This document shows, one piece after another, positions 24,721 to 39,600 of a stretch of 64,000 nucleotides of DNA. The stretch spans positions 62,001-126,000 of the forward strand of contig JAQGDQ010002374.1 in the NCBI GenBank assembly GCA_030141605.1, in the 5' to 3' direction. Each line of letters begins with the position of its first letter. The stretch's first letter is position 1. Source of the stretch: Tubiluchus corallicola. Its lineage: Eukaryota > Animalia > Priapulida. Under the pieces are notes generated by a model, which saw only the letters and a program-made list of their open reading frames with translations, was not told the DNA's origin and made no database searches. The position numbers and the translations under genes are program-made.

Positions 24721-25920
24721 AAAGTATGAACCCACCTCAGTAACAAATCATTTAGAATGTGAAGTAGGTGTCTGAAGTAGCTGCAGCCAGGAACCAATTT
24801 CTAAATTTATTACATCATTTATGTGCAAATTAATTTTTATCAACTTTCAACTTTACAAAATTTGTATAGAAAGCAGACCAAATTTCCCATCAGTGGGTTA
24901 AGCTTCAATGCAAATACACTTTTGTAGGCTTTAGCTATTTGCCGAAAGCTGATGAAATATTAAAGTTGGCACTTCCAAACTTATTGGCGCTGCGTATTAG
25001 TGTTAGCAGAACATAAAAAATAACAGCAGTAACAATAAAAATGTTTCTAATCATGTACTGTACTACCACAAGTTACATTTGTTTTTTGTTAAATAAAAAT
25101 AATGAATCGTCTGTACTTCATATGTCACACAATTACCAATCAGACACTATGAAGAAAAATACACTCAAATAACTTTGTCCTGCTTTATACATGCCTCAGA
25201 CAGAATTATAAATAAAACAATGGCTATTCTGTCACTAAGGGTGTAAAACAATTGGAAAACTAATCAATACAATAAAAATGCTACAGGGTATTTATGCATA
25301 TGATAAATATAAATTGTCTTGTTTCCCCAGAGGATTTGCATGTCATAATTCGCTGATACTACCCTTTTAATGAAATGACAAAGAAATATTTCAGAAAAAT
25401 TGCCTTAAAAATTATATTACTTTACATATATCGTACTCACATTAAAAGCAACTTTTGTTTGTTTTCATTTTAAATCTCTGGCAATACTATTCTGAAGTCA
25501 CCATTACATAATGTCACATACACAAACGTAAATCAAGGGAAGAAAAGGCAATTATGTCAAATTATGTCACAATAAACTTTCTAATCTATATTACTTAGCA
25601 TTTCACTTACCTGCTGGAAAGACTTATGTAACTAGAAATAATAATTTAAAATGTTCGTGCCAATTGGTAAATGTCACTGACTCACCCTCCAGGAAATTAA
25701 CCAGTTAATTTTTTTCAACAACACTTGGTATCCTTACAAAGAGACATTCTTCACTTTCTATGTATAAAAGTTTCACTCTTGTTTGAATATATTCCTCTAA
25801 AGTTTCACTTGATATGTTTGCATTGTAAATTTCTTGTTTATTTGTTTTTCTAATGATCTAGTCAGCAAATTACAGAGGGCCTTCGATGTTGCCTAAATCT
25901 GATTAATCGGTTACTTGATT

Positions 25921-27225
25921 AAGTACATCTACGAGCAATACTATTTGTGCAGCTTGCACATTAAATAAATGGCACTAATGCTTGACAATATCAAGTCACA
26001 TCGAGTAAATGGTACTAACATACTAGCAATAACATAACCCTACAATAATTTCATTCATATTTTATCAACTCTTAAGGCAACTTTAGCTGACAAATATACA
26101 CGCATCCATGAACCTTTCTTTAGGAAATCGAAGCAATACGAGATGTAAAACATAAAAAAAAAGTGATTTGAATAATACTTATAGTTTGGAAGAGCAAATG
26201 TGCATGCACCATAACGACTAACCTTGGATTTACACAGACAACACATCAGATTGAATTTACACATAATATTGAAATTACACACAGTGTTAGTGACACTAAC
26301 TCTATTACTAATACTGAGTAAAACAATACACTAATGTGATGATTTTTGGAGACTATCTCATCAATGCTTTCTGAGGTTGAAGCAGCAAGGACTTTATCAT
26401 TCAGGTCACTTGGCTTCATGAAGCCCGTTATATATCACTTGAGCAGAACTAGAGCTGGGAATACCCAATTGCTAGCAAACGAAAAGCAGTACATGTAGCT
26501 CCAGCAACTTTTATCTTATAGATACATGACTTACATTTTTGCTGCAAGAAACCATAAATATCTTTGTATTCAAAATGTGACAAAACATCTGCAGCAAGTA
26601 ACTCATTTTACAAAGGTTTACCCAAAGCTTATCATGAGTTATACGATAGTCTTAACATGCTTCCATAACTTGTGCAACAAATATGGATAAATTACGCTAC
26701 ATTTTAATAAAGAAGTGGTGCAAGGTTCAAACAATTAAACAAAATTAGCAATATAGTACACTACACTGTGCAGTATAAGTATAAGTGAGTTTTGCAGACA
26801 ATTTTGTAAATATAAAAGTTTTCATTAGCCACTTACAAGAAGTGCGACATTTCCTTCTTAATGGTGATAGCAGAACAGCCTTCACCTACTGTCTCTTTGT
26901 TGCTTTCACCCAAATATGGTGAAAGGTAAAACTCTTCTATGTTACATTCTTCAATACAGAAGTTAGCATCATCTACATTACTACCTTCTTCATGCACAGG
27001 GCTGGAGGTATCATCCTCCACAAGGGAGTAATCTAGGGGTTCTTGCTTAATAGGAATTTTGTCTAAAACTATTTCGTTTGTGTTATGCAAATAATTGAAT
27101 TCAGGAGTTGGTATTGGGGCATCATTAACTGTCTGTGACATATTGCGCTGTTCTTGCAAATGAGGAATTCTTTGCACTTTGACACTTACTGACAATTCTT
27201 TTCCTTTATGGCATGCTATGTGCCT
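25921..27225 (-). pseudogene. Near-identical 1.3-kb copy of the 3' end (last ~130 codons plus part of the 3' UTR) of the giant zinc-finger gene
   Basis: Matches 32768-34071. I could see only a 1-nt A-run difference and one substitution (gatttg vs gaattg). Confidence 0.95.
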
Positions 27226-27995
27226 GTTGCTGTGAAACTTCTTTACTGTTTTTAATAAAATAGTTTATTTTTCATAAATCTGTGCAGTTTTGATGTTTCC
27301 TGTTAGTGACTTTATTAACCAACTATTACTAACCTGAAATCGCTAACGAGGTACGCTGTCACAAGTCTCAAGGAAGCCAAAGTTAATAGATAAGCAATTC
27401 ATACCTAACGAAGAACTTTTAATACACACATGACTTACTCTAACAGCATTTAGGAGTCTGGACAAAATTATCCTGGCAAACTCAACGAATGCTACGGCAA
27501 GAGCAGCAATCTTTTTTACGGACTGATCCAGTCAAAGTGTAAAAAGAGGAAGTGATGAAATCCTTTTGTTACGTATTTCGTTTTTGCGATTAGCGGCTAC
27601 GCTGGCGGCATCGAACGGCGGATGATTAAAAAATTTTGAGCGGCGCGTTGACTGCATTAATAATATTCTTAGGTTCACCAATAATGTTGGCCATACGCGC
27701 AATTTCGATAAGCCAAAATCACTTTTGCGTTTTTAATAAAAGAAGAATATCTCAATTAAAAGCAATTATTAGTTTAAAAAAAACTGAAAACATTTCATGA
27801 AAAGGAAAAAATTGTAGCAATAAATTTGTATTATGTACTTGCAAATACTTCTTCAGTTTTCTTGGAAGTAAAATTTTATTGTTCTTCCTGAGGAAAGAGG
27901 CTAGCTGACTGCGTGATGGGCTGCCTACTATGTAAATAAGTAATGCAAAGTAATGCATTTTTATTGATTTATTAATTTTTCTCTCCCTCCCTCTC

Positions 27996-28136
27996 TTAGA
28001 GAGAAAGAGAGGGAGGGAAAGAAAGAGAAACAGTGAAAGGGAGGAAGAGAGAGAGAGAGATAGACAGAGAGAGGGAGGGAGGGAGAGAGAGAGACAGACA
28101 CACACACACACACACACACACACAGAGAGAGAGAGA
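27996..28136. repeat. Compound (GA)n/(CA)n microsatellite
   Basis: gagagagaga...cacacacaca...gagaga. Confidence 0.95.
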
Positions 28137-29971
28137 TCCTTCTTCCTTTTGTTGAAGGTTCTGCCATTTGTTTCTTGGTTGTTTTACTCCAAATGAGAGG
28201 TAGCGGATTTGGCACATTAAAAATTGCACCCATTTACGTGCCCTGCAATTAATCTATATAATTACACATATATTATATTGTAGGTTTTATATAAATAATG
28301 TGCACACGCACGCATGCACACAACAAGTAATTGCATACGGTGCTCCATACATTAATAATAAATACAGTAGTAGAGATGAGTGGGATTGAACTACCAGCCT
28401 AGGGCGTCGTAACATCTTGATACACCCATGCACACACACTCATATACATGTATGATGTATGCATTATTACATACAAAGATTCTATGAAGCTGAGCCTATA
28501 TATTTAACTATATAAAATGATTGCCCTTAGCACACAGGCTTGTATAAAATCAATTAATTTAAGCCTATCACTAAATAATATTTATCAAGACTTGTCTGTG
28601 GATTTAGCCACAGGTGTTTTATTAGTACGCTTATACCAGTACATTTTTTACATGTAAACAAACTGTATTTAATGAACATTTATTTTGACGTAAACCTAAT
28701 TGGATCTTAAAAAAATTAGGCTAAATATAAGTGACGTCTACACATGATATATAAGATGTTATGCGATTCTAATTTATGCGCCAGGTTGGCTTCTCACCTG
28801 AATTCTGTTACTTGGTTTTGACCTTGTTAGTTAGTTGTTAGTAGTTAGGTGGAAGTAATGTCAGCTGCTTAGGATGACAGCTCTAATGTTTCGTTTAGTT
28901 ATTTTTTGTTCACTGACAATAAAAAAGAGGAGTAATGTCGTAAATGCATCTCCGTTTGTTCAACGTGATTTTATAACCAACTCCAACTCATAACAGCTGC
29001 TATAAATCGCCAAAGACAGATGTAGGCCTTGCAGTCTTTGCTTAATGAACAAAATATTTAACTTGTAACAAAAGTTACAAAACTGTGTTACAATTAGCAT
29101 TTTGTTATAATTACCTGGCTGCATCCTTGGGAAATTCAAAAAGATATTTTTATTTGTGATTTTGCAACTCACTGCTGAGCAATTTATGAGCACCTGTCGA
29201 CCGGCCTGACTTTGGTGGTCTCATCAATTCATCTGTTACAGTACACACCGGTGTGCGAACAGCTTGCGCTATAGCGTACCTGACAACAACAGTCCATACT
29301 GCTGTGCCACTAGGGCGACACTAACTGCGCAAACTGCTGCGCAGTAGGATTTCTCTATTTCTGTGGTCCATAGCCTTTGGATCCAGTGTCATATCTTCGG
29401 TTAACTATTCAGACCAACAGTGAGTGACTGCTCCCATAATAATTAGAAACTAAAATAAATAGGGGTCCCTGTGTCTTTATTTACCTAAATACTAAAACAT
29501 AATCAATGATTCTAGCAGTGAAATGATAATTTTTATATAATCCTAAAATATAAAAGTACTTTGTTATAATTTCACAATACATTAATCGTATGTGTCTGGG
29601 CCAGTGCCATACTTACATATAGACTAACTGGGTTCACACACCAGGGCATCATAGACTACAAAACCCCATACTAACATTAAAACAAGCGAAATAAATGATA
29701 GATAAATCAGTCAATGAATGTACAAACATGAAATAGCTTGTGTTTAATGGTGACAAAGTGTTTTGATATTTTATGCATGCCTATTCTTCAATTTTAGGTT
29801 ATTAGTTTTGGCTAATTTGTTAATGCTCTGTATTAATGAGATCACTATTCAAGTCTCTTGCTTACCTACACATTTTCCTTTGATGTATTTTTAGTGGGGG
29901 GGGGGGGGCTTACTGGGGCTCAGGAATTGCAGGCAAACCCCATACATTATATTGTAGTCATGTTTTGTCAG

Positions 29972-30151
29972 GTTTATGTGTCACATTCAAGAAGTTCTGG
30001 GAAAATCCAATTTTACTGTCCAAGCAGCCAGAAGCTTCCAAGGAACATGTTGAATTTGGAAAAGCTCGGGAAAATGACTTAGCGAGGCTAGCACAAATGT
30101 TTGTTTTACGTCGCACTCAGAGCGTTAATAATGCATATTTACCATCAAAAG
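29972..30151 (+). CDS. RAD54B: RAD54B exon
   Basis: cag|(G)LCVTFKKFWENPILLSKQP...FVLRRTQSVNNAYLPSK|gtagga; phase 1/1. Confidence 0.9.
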
Positions 30152-30512
30152 GTAGGAAATTATCATCTACGATGCTCCATTATCAGCATCAAAAATAACT
30201 ATTTTTTCCATACAGTAAAAGAACTGAAATAACATTACGTTTATCACTAGAAATTGAGGAGACATTCGTGTAATGTATATATTGAATCATGCAATGTTAA
30301 CTTTAATTTTTACCGTTTACCTTGAAATTTTAGCTACTAATCTAATTTTTAAGAAAATTCATTAACTTCAGGTATTTGTTTAATTGTGCTGCAATAACTT
30401 TTTGTGTTTTGTGCTTTTTGTAAAAAAAACTTCTTAAAACCACATATGTGTTTCATCAATCATAAATAAGTTATTTTATAAATAATGGTAAAAATTAATG
30501 GTATGGTTTTAG

Positions 30513-30617
30513 TGGAAATGGTAATATTTTGTCAGCCGTCATCATTCCAAGTGAAAGTATATGAAGCCATCCTTCATTCACAACTTTTAAAACAATACTT
30601 GGATGACTACAACACAG
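30513..30617 (+). CDS. RAD54B: RAD54B exon
   Basis: ttttag|(V)EMVIFCQPSSFQVKVYEAILHSQLLKQYLDDYNT|gtaaat; phase 1/1. Confidence 0.85.
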
Positions 30618-31433
30618 GTAAATTCTTGATTTAAATTTAATTATGTTTTTCTTTATATGTCGATCTAAATTAATGTTCTTTTGAGTGTATTGGTGTATCG
30701 CATGTGTAAAAAATGCTACATGATTTAGCTATAGCTGCGTTATAATTAGTTAGGTAATACCCAACAAACAGAAGAATTTGTGTGTCAGTGTGCACAGGCA
30801 ATTTATTTTTAAATTAAAAACATTTTAAATAACACTGTTGTGCATTTTGCAACTTTATGAGGAAATTGACTCTCTATACTTGTATTTTGTATAGCTTAGC
30901 ATTGAAAAAGTGTTAATTTATCAAAACACTACCTAATTTTCCACCTATAAATCAAATTAAAGAAAAATGTTGATTGTTGTTCTATGATTATAATAATAAT
31001 CTTACAATCAAGTTTATAAATAATTAATCATAATATTACACAGGGGTTAAACAGTTGCACTTGGATTAATCTAGGCTGTAAATAAATTATAAAAACATTA
31101 ATCTAATCAGTTAGTAATTAAGTGAAACTTTGTTTGAGTGAAACTTAGATATGCTGCATTAATTGGTAATCTATTAAGATTTAATTAAGATCTGCCTTGA
31201 TCACAAGGTGCTGTGTGGTCTATTGGTCATGACATTTGACCTGTTACTGTTAAACTTTTCCTTCTTCACTAGGTTGGTTTAAAAAAGTTAATACTTATTC
31301 TGTCCATCATTAATAATAATCTTGCAGTTAAAATTATAAAAAAATAATAATGCTGTAGTAATGCTAAATTACATAATCATCTTTTTAACTTGATGCAGAT
31401 TAATTTGCACTGAATTTATTAATTTTGTAATAG

Positions 31434-31558
31434 CTGATGGCAGAGTGCATCTAGCATGTATAGCAACACTCAAGAAACTGTGCAACCATCCTCAACTGAT
31501 CTGGAAATCAGCTCAGAAAACGGAGCGACAGAGGTCCAGTGAAGAGGATAACAATGAG
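31434..31558 (+). CDS. RAD54B: RAD54B exon
   Basis: tag|(A)DGRVHLACIATLKKLCNHPQLIW...EDNNE|gtaatt; contains the LKKLCNHP motif; phase 1/0. Confidence 0.9.
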
Positions 31559-32350
31559 GTAATTATATTGCGCAATGGCTGCCAAAACACTGTCATTACA
31601 GAAATAAAGCATTTGTGATGAAGTTTTACATTACCATCTTGATACTGCTGTTTTATTCTAAGATTCATATGAGAATTATTGAGTTTAAGTTTATTTTATC
31701 CAAACACGGTGATAGATGAGTGCCTAAGGTTAAATAATAGTGAGCTTGGCTAGTAAAAGGATAAGTGACTAACAGGAAAACTGCTTACAGGCAGCTTTAT
31801 CTGACAAACTGCCCTAAGTTGTTTACCTTCTTTTCGGAATATATAAGTATCTAGAAGCATTGAGCCCTCAACGTAGTTCAGTGTCTCATCTTACAGGATC
31901 ATTTATGAAGATGAACAAGGTTCTGGGCTGGCACATTTAGGCTTTGCCATTAATTGATAGTATCTTCGTATTACCTTGTGTTTGCCACGTTTAAAGTCAT
32001 GCTTTTGGCAAGTTTGCACTTTAATGCAAAAATATCAAAAATATTCTTAACTTGTGAACCACAAGTAATTTATGTATGATAACACAATTTCTGAAGAAAA
32101 GCAGTAATAAGACTTAAGCTTTACATAAAAAAACGCCAAAGAAAACATTGTGATTACTGTGGTGTTTATTAATTAGTTTGTTAACATAATAAAATGTGTG
32201 AGTGTATATTACACTTGGTGTTAATACTAAAACACAAACTACAAACCAGTCAAAATAAGACAAAACTTTTCTACGTGAATACGATATATGATAAATGTAT
32301 TCGACATACTCAAACTCACTTTTTGAACTAAACACATGAAGGTAATGGTA

Positions 32351-32351
<1 letters not shown>

Positions 32352-32406
<55 letters not shown>

Positions 32407-32410
32407 GATG

Positions 32411-32448
<38 letters not shown>
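32352..32448. repeat. (TA)n-(GA)n microsatellite
   Basis: Long TA run followed by a GA run. Confidence 0.95.
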
Positions 32449-33678
32449 TAGTACTGTTAATGTATTTAAGTTAATCAGCATTTATTTTTATGTGTACAAA
32501 AGTTTTTAGGGTCGGTTTCCTGGGATTTGATTTAATATACATCATCATATACATTGTAAGTTTACTTAGCAAATTAAAAGCACATGCACATCAGACACAG
32601 TGCACACTTAAATTATGTCAGAGAACAGCGAACATCTTTCGTGCTTAGGTTTCCAACATGTTCTATACATCTCATTTTACAATCATACTTCTAAGTACAT
32701 TAAAATTATTTACATGTTCAATAACATAATTTTTCTAGTTCACAACATGAATAACTGACAAAGTTACAAGTACATCTACGAGCAATACTATTTGTGCAGC
32801 TTGCACATTAAATAAATGGCACTAATGCTTGACAATATCAAGTCACATCGAGTAAATGGTACTAACATACTAGCAATAACATAACCCTACAATAATTTCA
32901 TTCATATTTTATCAACTCTTAAGGCAACTTTAGCTGACAAATATACACGCATCCATGAACCTTTCTTTAGGAAATCGAAGCAATACGAGATGTAAAACAT
33001 AAAAAAAAGTGAATTGAATAATACTTATAGTTTGGAAGAGCAAATGTGCATGCACCATAACGACTAACCTTGGATTTACACAGACAACACATCAGATTGA
33101 ATTTACACATAATATTGAAATTACACACAGTGTTAGTGACACTAACTCTATTACTAATACTGAGTAAAACAATACACTAATGTGATGATTTTTGGAGACT
33201 ATCTCATCAATGCTTTCTGAGGTTGAAGCAGCAAGGACTTTATCATTCAGGTCACTTGGCTTCATGAAGCCCGTTATATATCACTTGAGCAGAACTAGAG
33301 CTGGGAATACCCAATTGCTAGCAAACGAAAAGCAGTACATGTAGCTCCAGCAACTTTTATCTTATAGATACATGACTTACATTTTTGCTGCAAGAAACCA
33401 TAAATATCTTTGTATTCAAAATGTGACAAAACATCTGCAGCAAGTAACTCATTTTACAAAGGTTTACCCAAAGCTTATCATGAGTTATACGATAGTCTTA
33501 ACATGCTTCCATAACTTGTGCAACAAATATGGATAAATTACGCTACATTTTAATAAAGAAGTGGTGCAAGGTTCAAACAATTAAACAAAATTAGCAATAT
33601 AGTACACTACACTGTGCAGTATAAGTATAAGTGAGTTTTGCAGACAATTTTGTAAATATAAAAGTTTTCATTAGCCAC

Positions 33679-36600
33679 TTACAAGAAGTGCGACATTTCC
33701 TTCTTAATGGTGATAGCAGAACAGCCTTCACCTACTGTCTCTTTGTTGCTTTCACCCAAATATGGTGAAAGGTAAAACTCTTCTATGTTACATTCTTCAA
33801 TACAGAAGTTAGCATCATCTACATTACTACCTTCTTCATGCACAGGGCTGGAGGTATCATCCTCCACAAGGGAGTAATCTAGGGGTTCTTGCTTAATAGG
33901 AATTTTGTCTAAAACTATTTCGTTTGTGTTATGCAAATAATTGAATTCAGGAGTTGGTATTGGGGCATCATTAACTGTCTGTGACATATTGCGCTGTTCT
34001 TGCAAATGAGGAATTCTTTGCACTTTGACACTTACTGACAATTCTTTTCCTTTATGGCATGCTATGTGCCTAACTAAATGTGCTTCCCTACTGAATGTAC
34101 TTGGACAAAGATTACATTTGTAAACGGGTTTTGCACGATGAGAATACAGGTGATTTTTCAAATTCCACGAATGAGTAAACAATTTGTTGCACTCGGGACA
34201 CTTGTGTGTCTTTCGTGGTTTGCTGGCAGTTCCTTTCACAAGTTGTGTTTTGTCACATATGGCAGTTTTGTGGGCCTCTTTGTGTTGTTTTAAAAGTGTC
34301 AGGAACTTGAAACTGGCAGCACATTGTTCGCAGTCATAATTCTTACTGGCAGTAGAGCATTTCTTAGTCTTACCAACTGAATGAGCACTTTGCTTATGTT
34401 GCAGTAGCTGTTCCTTTACTGAAAACTTTTCACCGCATTTATTACAAGAAAACACTTTTTCCCTTGTATGAATCCTACTGTGTGCCCAAAGAGTTTTCTT
34501 TGTTTTGAAAGACGCATTGCATTTTGTGCACACATGAGGTCTGCCTTCAACATGAATTTCTCTATGATGACAAAGGCTACTAGCATTTTTAAAAACTTTC
34601 CCACACACATTACAAACATGTTCTTTACTAGTATGTTTGTGAATTTTCATATGTATACGTAATAAATGTTTTGAGGTATAAGTGTTGTTGCATACATTGC
34701 ACATGTGTTCTTTTTCTTTGTGAGTTCTCATATGTTCACGTAGTAACTGCAATGAGGTAAATGTGTTGTGGCACAAGTTGCAACGCAGGTCTTCAAGTGT
34801 TGCATGTCTAACAAGCATATGTTTTGCTAATCCTTGTTTTGATTCATATTGTGCACTACACTGTGAACAAGGATACGGTCTATCAAATTCAATGTAGCCA
34901 TCAGCAGATAATTTCTCTCTCTCATGTAATGCAGTATGAGCTGACAAAAGCGATGCTCTCTTAAACTTTTCGCCACATTGTTCACATGTATATGCACTTT
35001 CTTGTACATGACTTTCAGAATGTGATCTTAGTTCTTCCTCTTCACTAAAGCTTTGTAAGCACACATCACACTGATGCATGAGTGTAGGCTGGTGACATTT
35101 CATATGTGTTTTACGCGAACGTCCGTGACGGAATTCTGCATCACAGATTGGGCACTTGAAAGGCTTACTATCAGTATGGACAATTTCATGTGCTCGGAGA
35201 TGTGTGGCCTTTCTAAATGCTTTTGGACAAGAAGTGCATTTAAATGGTTTCAACCTTGAAGCCGGGTTTCTGTGGCATTGTTGATGCCTCCTTAAGTGAC
35301 TCAGCTGTCTAAAACTTGTGCAACACGTGGTGCACTCATACGGTTTTTCACCAGTGTGAATTCGTTTATGAGACTGCAATGAAGTATGTGTTTTAAAAGC
35401 AGATTGGCAACTATTACATTGGTATGGTCGATCAGTTACATGTTTTACTTTGTGCGTTAATAAGTGTCTATGTTGTCGAAAACGCCTATTACACACGGTA
35501 CACGAGTAAGGCTTTTCGCCCGAGTGAATCATCATGTGCAACTTTAGATGACCATTTTGTGAGAACATCTTATGGCAGGTCTCACATTCATAAGGCCGTT
35601 CATTTGTGTGTGTTCTTGTATGGATCTTCAGCGTGCTCCAATGTCTGAATTGCTTATTGCATATCTGACACTGGTACGGTTTTAAATCTCCGTGAATCAT
35701 CATGTGTGACCTAAGATAAGCCGGCAGCTTAAAAGCAGCTGAGCACACTTGGCATTGAAATGGTTTTACATCTGAATGAACTAACTGATGGTTTTTCAAA
35801 TAAGTGGCTTGTTTAAACTTAGCACTGCATTGTAGACATGCAAATGGTCTTTCATTAGAATGAGTTATCTTGTGATGTTTTAACCCATCTTTTGACTTAA
35901 ATGCTCTGTTACACACATCACATATAAAGGGCTTGATGTCAGTATGTATACGACTGTGACTTTTCAAAGAAGTACCTGTTTTGAAAGCAGCACCACATAC
36001 TGTACAAGGATATCCTCTGTAGTCAGAATGAACAGTCATGTGAACCTTCAAATGTGCTGATTGTCGGAAACAGGCACTGCATGTATCACACTCAAAGGGC
36101 TTAGAATCAGTGTGAGTGATTTTATGTGATTTCAGCCCATTACGGGTTTTGAATGACTTACCACATCTTGCACAAATGAATGGGCGTACATCGCTGTGCA
36201 CCTGTTTGTGAGAATTAAGAGCAGTAGTTGTCTTGAAAGCAGCACCACATATCTGACATTGATGTGGTCTTTCATCAGTGTGCACTAGCATGTGAGTTCT
36301 TAAATTTGCAGGTTGTTTAAAGCATGCAGAACAGGTATCACATTTAAATGGTTTCAAATCTGAATGCCTTGTCTGCATGTGACACTTGAGATGTCCTGTT
36401 TGGCGAAACTTTGCATTGCACAGCTCGCATGAATAAGGTCGAATGTCAGTGTGTGTTCTTTTATGTAAGCGCAGTGCTTCCGGCAGCTTGAAATCTTTGG
36501 AACATATATCACAAATGTGTGGCCGTAAATCTGTATGTATCTTCTTATGCGAATTAAGGTAGGTATTTGTCTTAAATGATGCTTGACAAACGTCACAAGT

Positions 36601-39600
36601 CCATTTTCTTTCTTCAGAATGGACAACCATATGGCTTCTCAAGTAACTTGCTAATTTAAAAGAAGCGTTACATGTGTCACAGCTATATGGCTTCAGGTCT
36701 GAGTGAGTTGTCATATGTACCTTCACATGACCAATTTGTCTGAATCGAGCACCGCAAATCTTGCAGCTATATGGCTTTTCTCCTGTGTGAGTTTTTTTAT
36801 GAGCTCTCAAGCCTGTGGAAAACTTGAATGCTTTGTCACACAAGTCACAGGAATAGGGTCTCAGGTCAGTGTGAATACGTTTATGGGTGCTCAGAGATGT
36901 TGATGTTTTGAATGCAGCACCACACACTGCACAAGGGAAAGGTCTTTCATCTGAATGTACTGACATGTGAACCTTTAAATGGCCAGACTGTTTAAAACAT
37001 GCATCACATGTGTCACATTTAAAAGGTTTTGAGTCAGAATGTGTAAGAAGATGTATTTTTAAATGTCCTCCTTGTCGAAATCGTCTAAAACATATCTCAC
37101 ATTGGTATGGCTTCTCAGATGTATGAGTCTTTTTATGAGCTTTCAGCCCATCTGTAAACTTGAATCCCTTGCCACAGATATCACAGATATGAGGTCTTAC
37201 ATCACTGTGTGTTTTTTTATGAATGGCTAGGTATGATGCAGTTTTAAAAGCTGATTCACATATATCACAAATGTGATTTCTCTCGTCTGTATGAACTGTC
37301 ATATGAACTTTGAGATGAGCAGACTGCTTGAAGGCAGCTTGACATGTATCACACGAGAAAGGTTTTTCATTGGTGTGTATTCGTTTATGGAGTTTCAATC
37401 CATCTGGTAACTTGAAATCTTTTCCACATATTTCGCAGTTATATGGTCTCAAATCTGTGTGAATTCGTTTATGACTAGTGAGGTAACTAACTGTTTTAAA
37501 AGCTGCCTGACATATATCACAAACGTGTGGTCTTACATCAGTATGCACAATCATGTGACTTTTTAAATTGGAGGATTGCTTAAAACTCATACTGCATGTA
37601 TCACATGCAAATGGACGTTCATCTGTGTGTGTGTATTTGTGTGACTTTAGCCCTTCTCTAGTTTTAAAAGCTTTGCCACAAGTGGAGCAGATATGAGGCT
37701 TAATGTCACTGTGAACCCGTTTGTGACTGTTTAATGATGTGGTTGTTTTAAAAGCTGTTCCGCATATGGGGCAACAGTAAGCCCGAACATCAGAATGTAC
37801 TGTCATATGAGATTTCAAATTCCCGGACTGTTTAAAACAAGCATCACAAGTATCACATTTGAATGGTTTTGAATCTGAATGCGTAAGCATGTGTGCTTTA
37901 ACATGTGCAGTTTGCCGAAATTTCTGACCACATACATCACATGAAAACGGTCTTAGATTTGAATGTGTTCTCTTGTGAAGTTTCAGGGCATCAGGAAGCT
38001 TGAAGTCTTTTCCACACTGATCACAAATGTATGGTCTCAAATCTGTGTGAATTTTCTTATGTGAGCTAAGATAACTAGACGTTTTAAAAGCAGCTTGGCA
38101 AACGTCACATATCCATGGTCTTTCTTCAGTGTGAACAATCATGTGGGTTTTCAAATATGCTGCCAACTTGAAGCTAGCACTACAAGTGTCACATTTATAT
38201 GGCTTGAGATCAGAATGTGTAGCCATGTGAACTCGTACATGGGCAAGCTGCTTAAATGTTGAATGACAAATTTCACAAGCGTACGGTTTTTCATCACTAT
38301 GTGTACGTTTATGAAGTTTTAATGCATCGGGTGTTTTAAAATCTTTTCCACATTCACAAATGTAAGGCCTTATATCAGTGTGGATACGTTTGTGACTATG
38401 AAGGTATGCTTGTGTTTTAAAGGAGGCTTCACAAACATCACAAGTCCATGGACGTTCTTCAGTATGCACTACCATGTGGCTCTTTAAATTTCCTGCTTGC
38501 TTGAATTTGGCATGGCATGTATCACACTCAAAGGGTCTAGCATCTGTGTGTGAGTGTTTGTGTGACTTCAGTCCTTCTGATGTTTTAAATGCTTTTTCAC
38601 ATACGTCACAAATGTGTGGTTTAATATCACTGTGTATTCGTTTATGGCTGCTTAATGAAGTAGATGTTTTAAAAGTGGCCTCACAAATAGGACATGGATA
38701 AGGACGAATATCAGAATGTACGGCCATGTGGCTGCGCAAGTTTGCTGACTGTTTAAAACATGCATCACATGTGTCACATTTAAATGGCTTAGAATCGGAA
38801 TGTATAGTTTGCATGTGACATTTAAGATGTCCTGACTGCCTGAATCTCATACCACATAAACTGCAGAAGTATGGCTTCTCACCTGTGTGTGTACGTTTAT
38901 GCAATTTCAGTCCATCAGGTGTCTTGAAGTCTTTTCCACATTCACAAATGTATGGACGCAGTTCTGTATGAATACGCTTATGTGTGGTAAGATATGCCAT
39001 AGTTTTAAAAGCAGAGTCACATATATCACATGTATAATTTCTTTCTTCCGAATGCACCACCATGTGATATTTCAAGTTTGTGGATTGCTTAAATTTAGCA
39101 TGACATGTATCACATTCAAACGGACGTTCATCCATATGACTAATCTGGTGAGATTTCAATCCGTCTGGTGTTTTGAAAGCATTGCCACATGTAGCACATA
39201 TATAAGGCTTTATATCAGTATGTATTCTTTTATGACTGTTTAGAGCAGTAGATGTTTTAAAAGCAGAATAACAAATATCACATGAGTACTTTCTTTCTTC
39301 ACTGTGTACAGCAAGATGTGATTTTAAGTGAGCTGACTGCTTAAAACAAGCATCACAGGTGTCACACTTATAAGGTTTAGCATCTGAATGGGTTAACATG
39401 TGTGCCTTTACGTGGGCTGTTTGCCGGAATTTTGCACCACATATATTACACGAGTATGGTTTTTCATCGGAATGTGTCTTCTTATGTGCCTTTAAGCCAT
39501 CGGGCAGCTTGAAATCCTTGTAACAAATATCACATTTGTATGGTCTCATATCAGTGTGAATGCGCCTATGATTGGCAAGATAAACAGCAGTTTTAAAAGC

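Noticed and set aside
27752-28233. ORFs with CVCVCV/SLSLSL runs
   Set aside because: Translations of GA/CA microsatellites.
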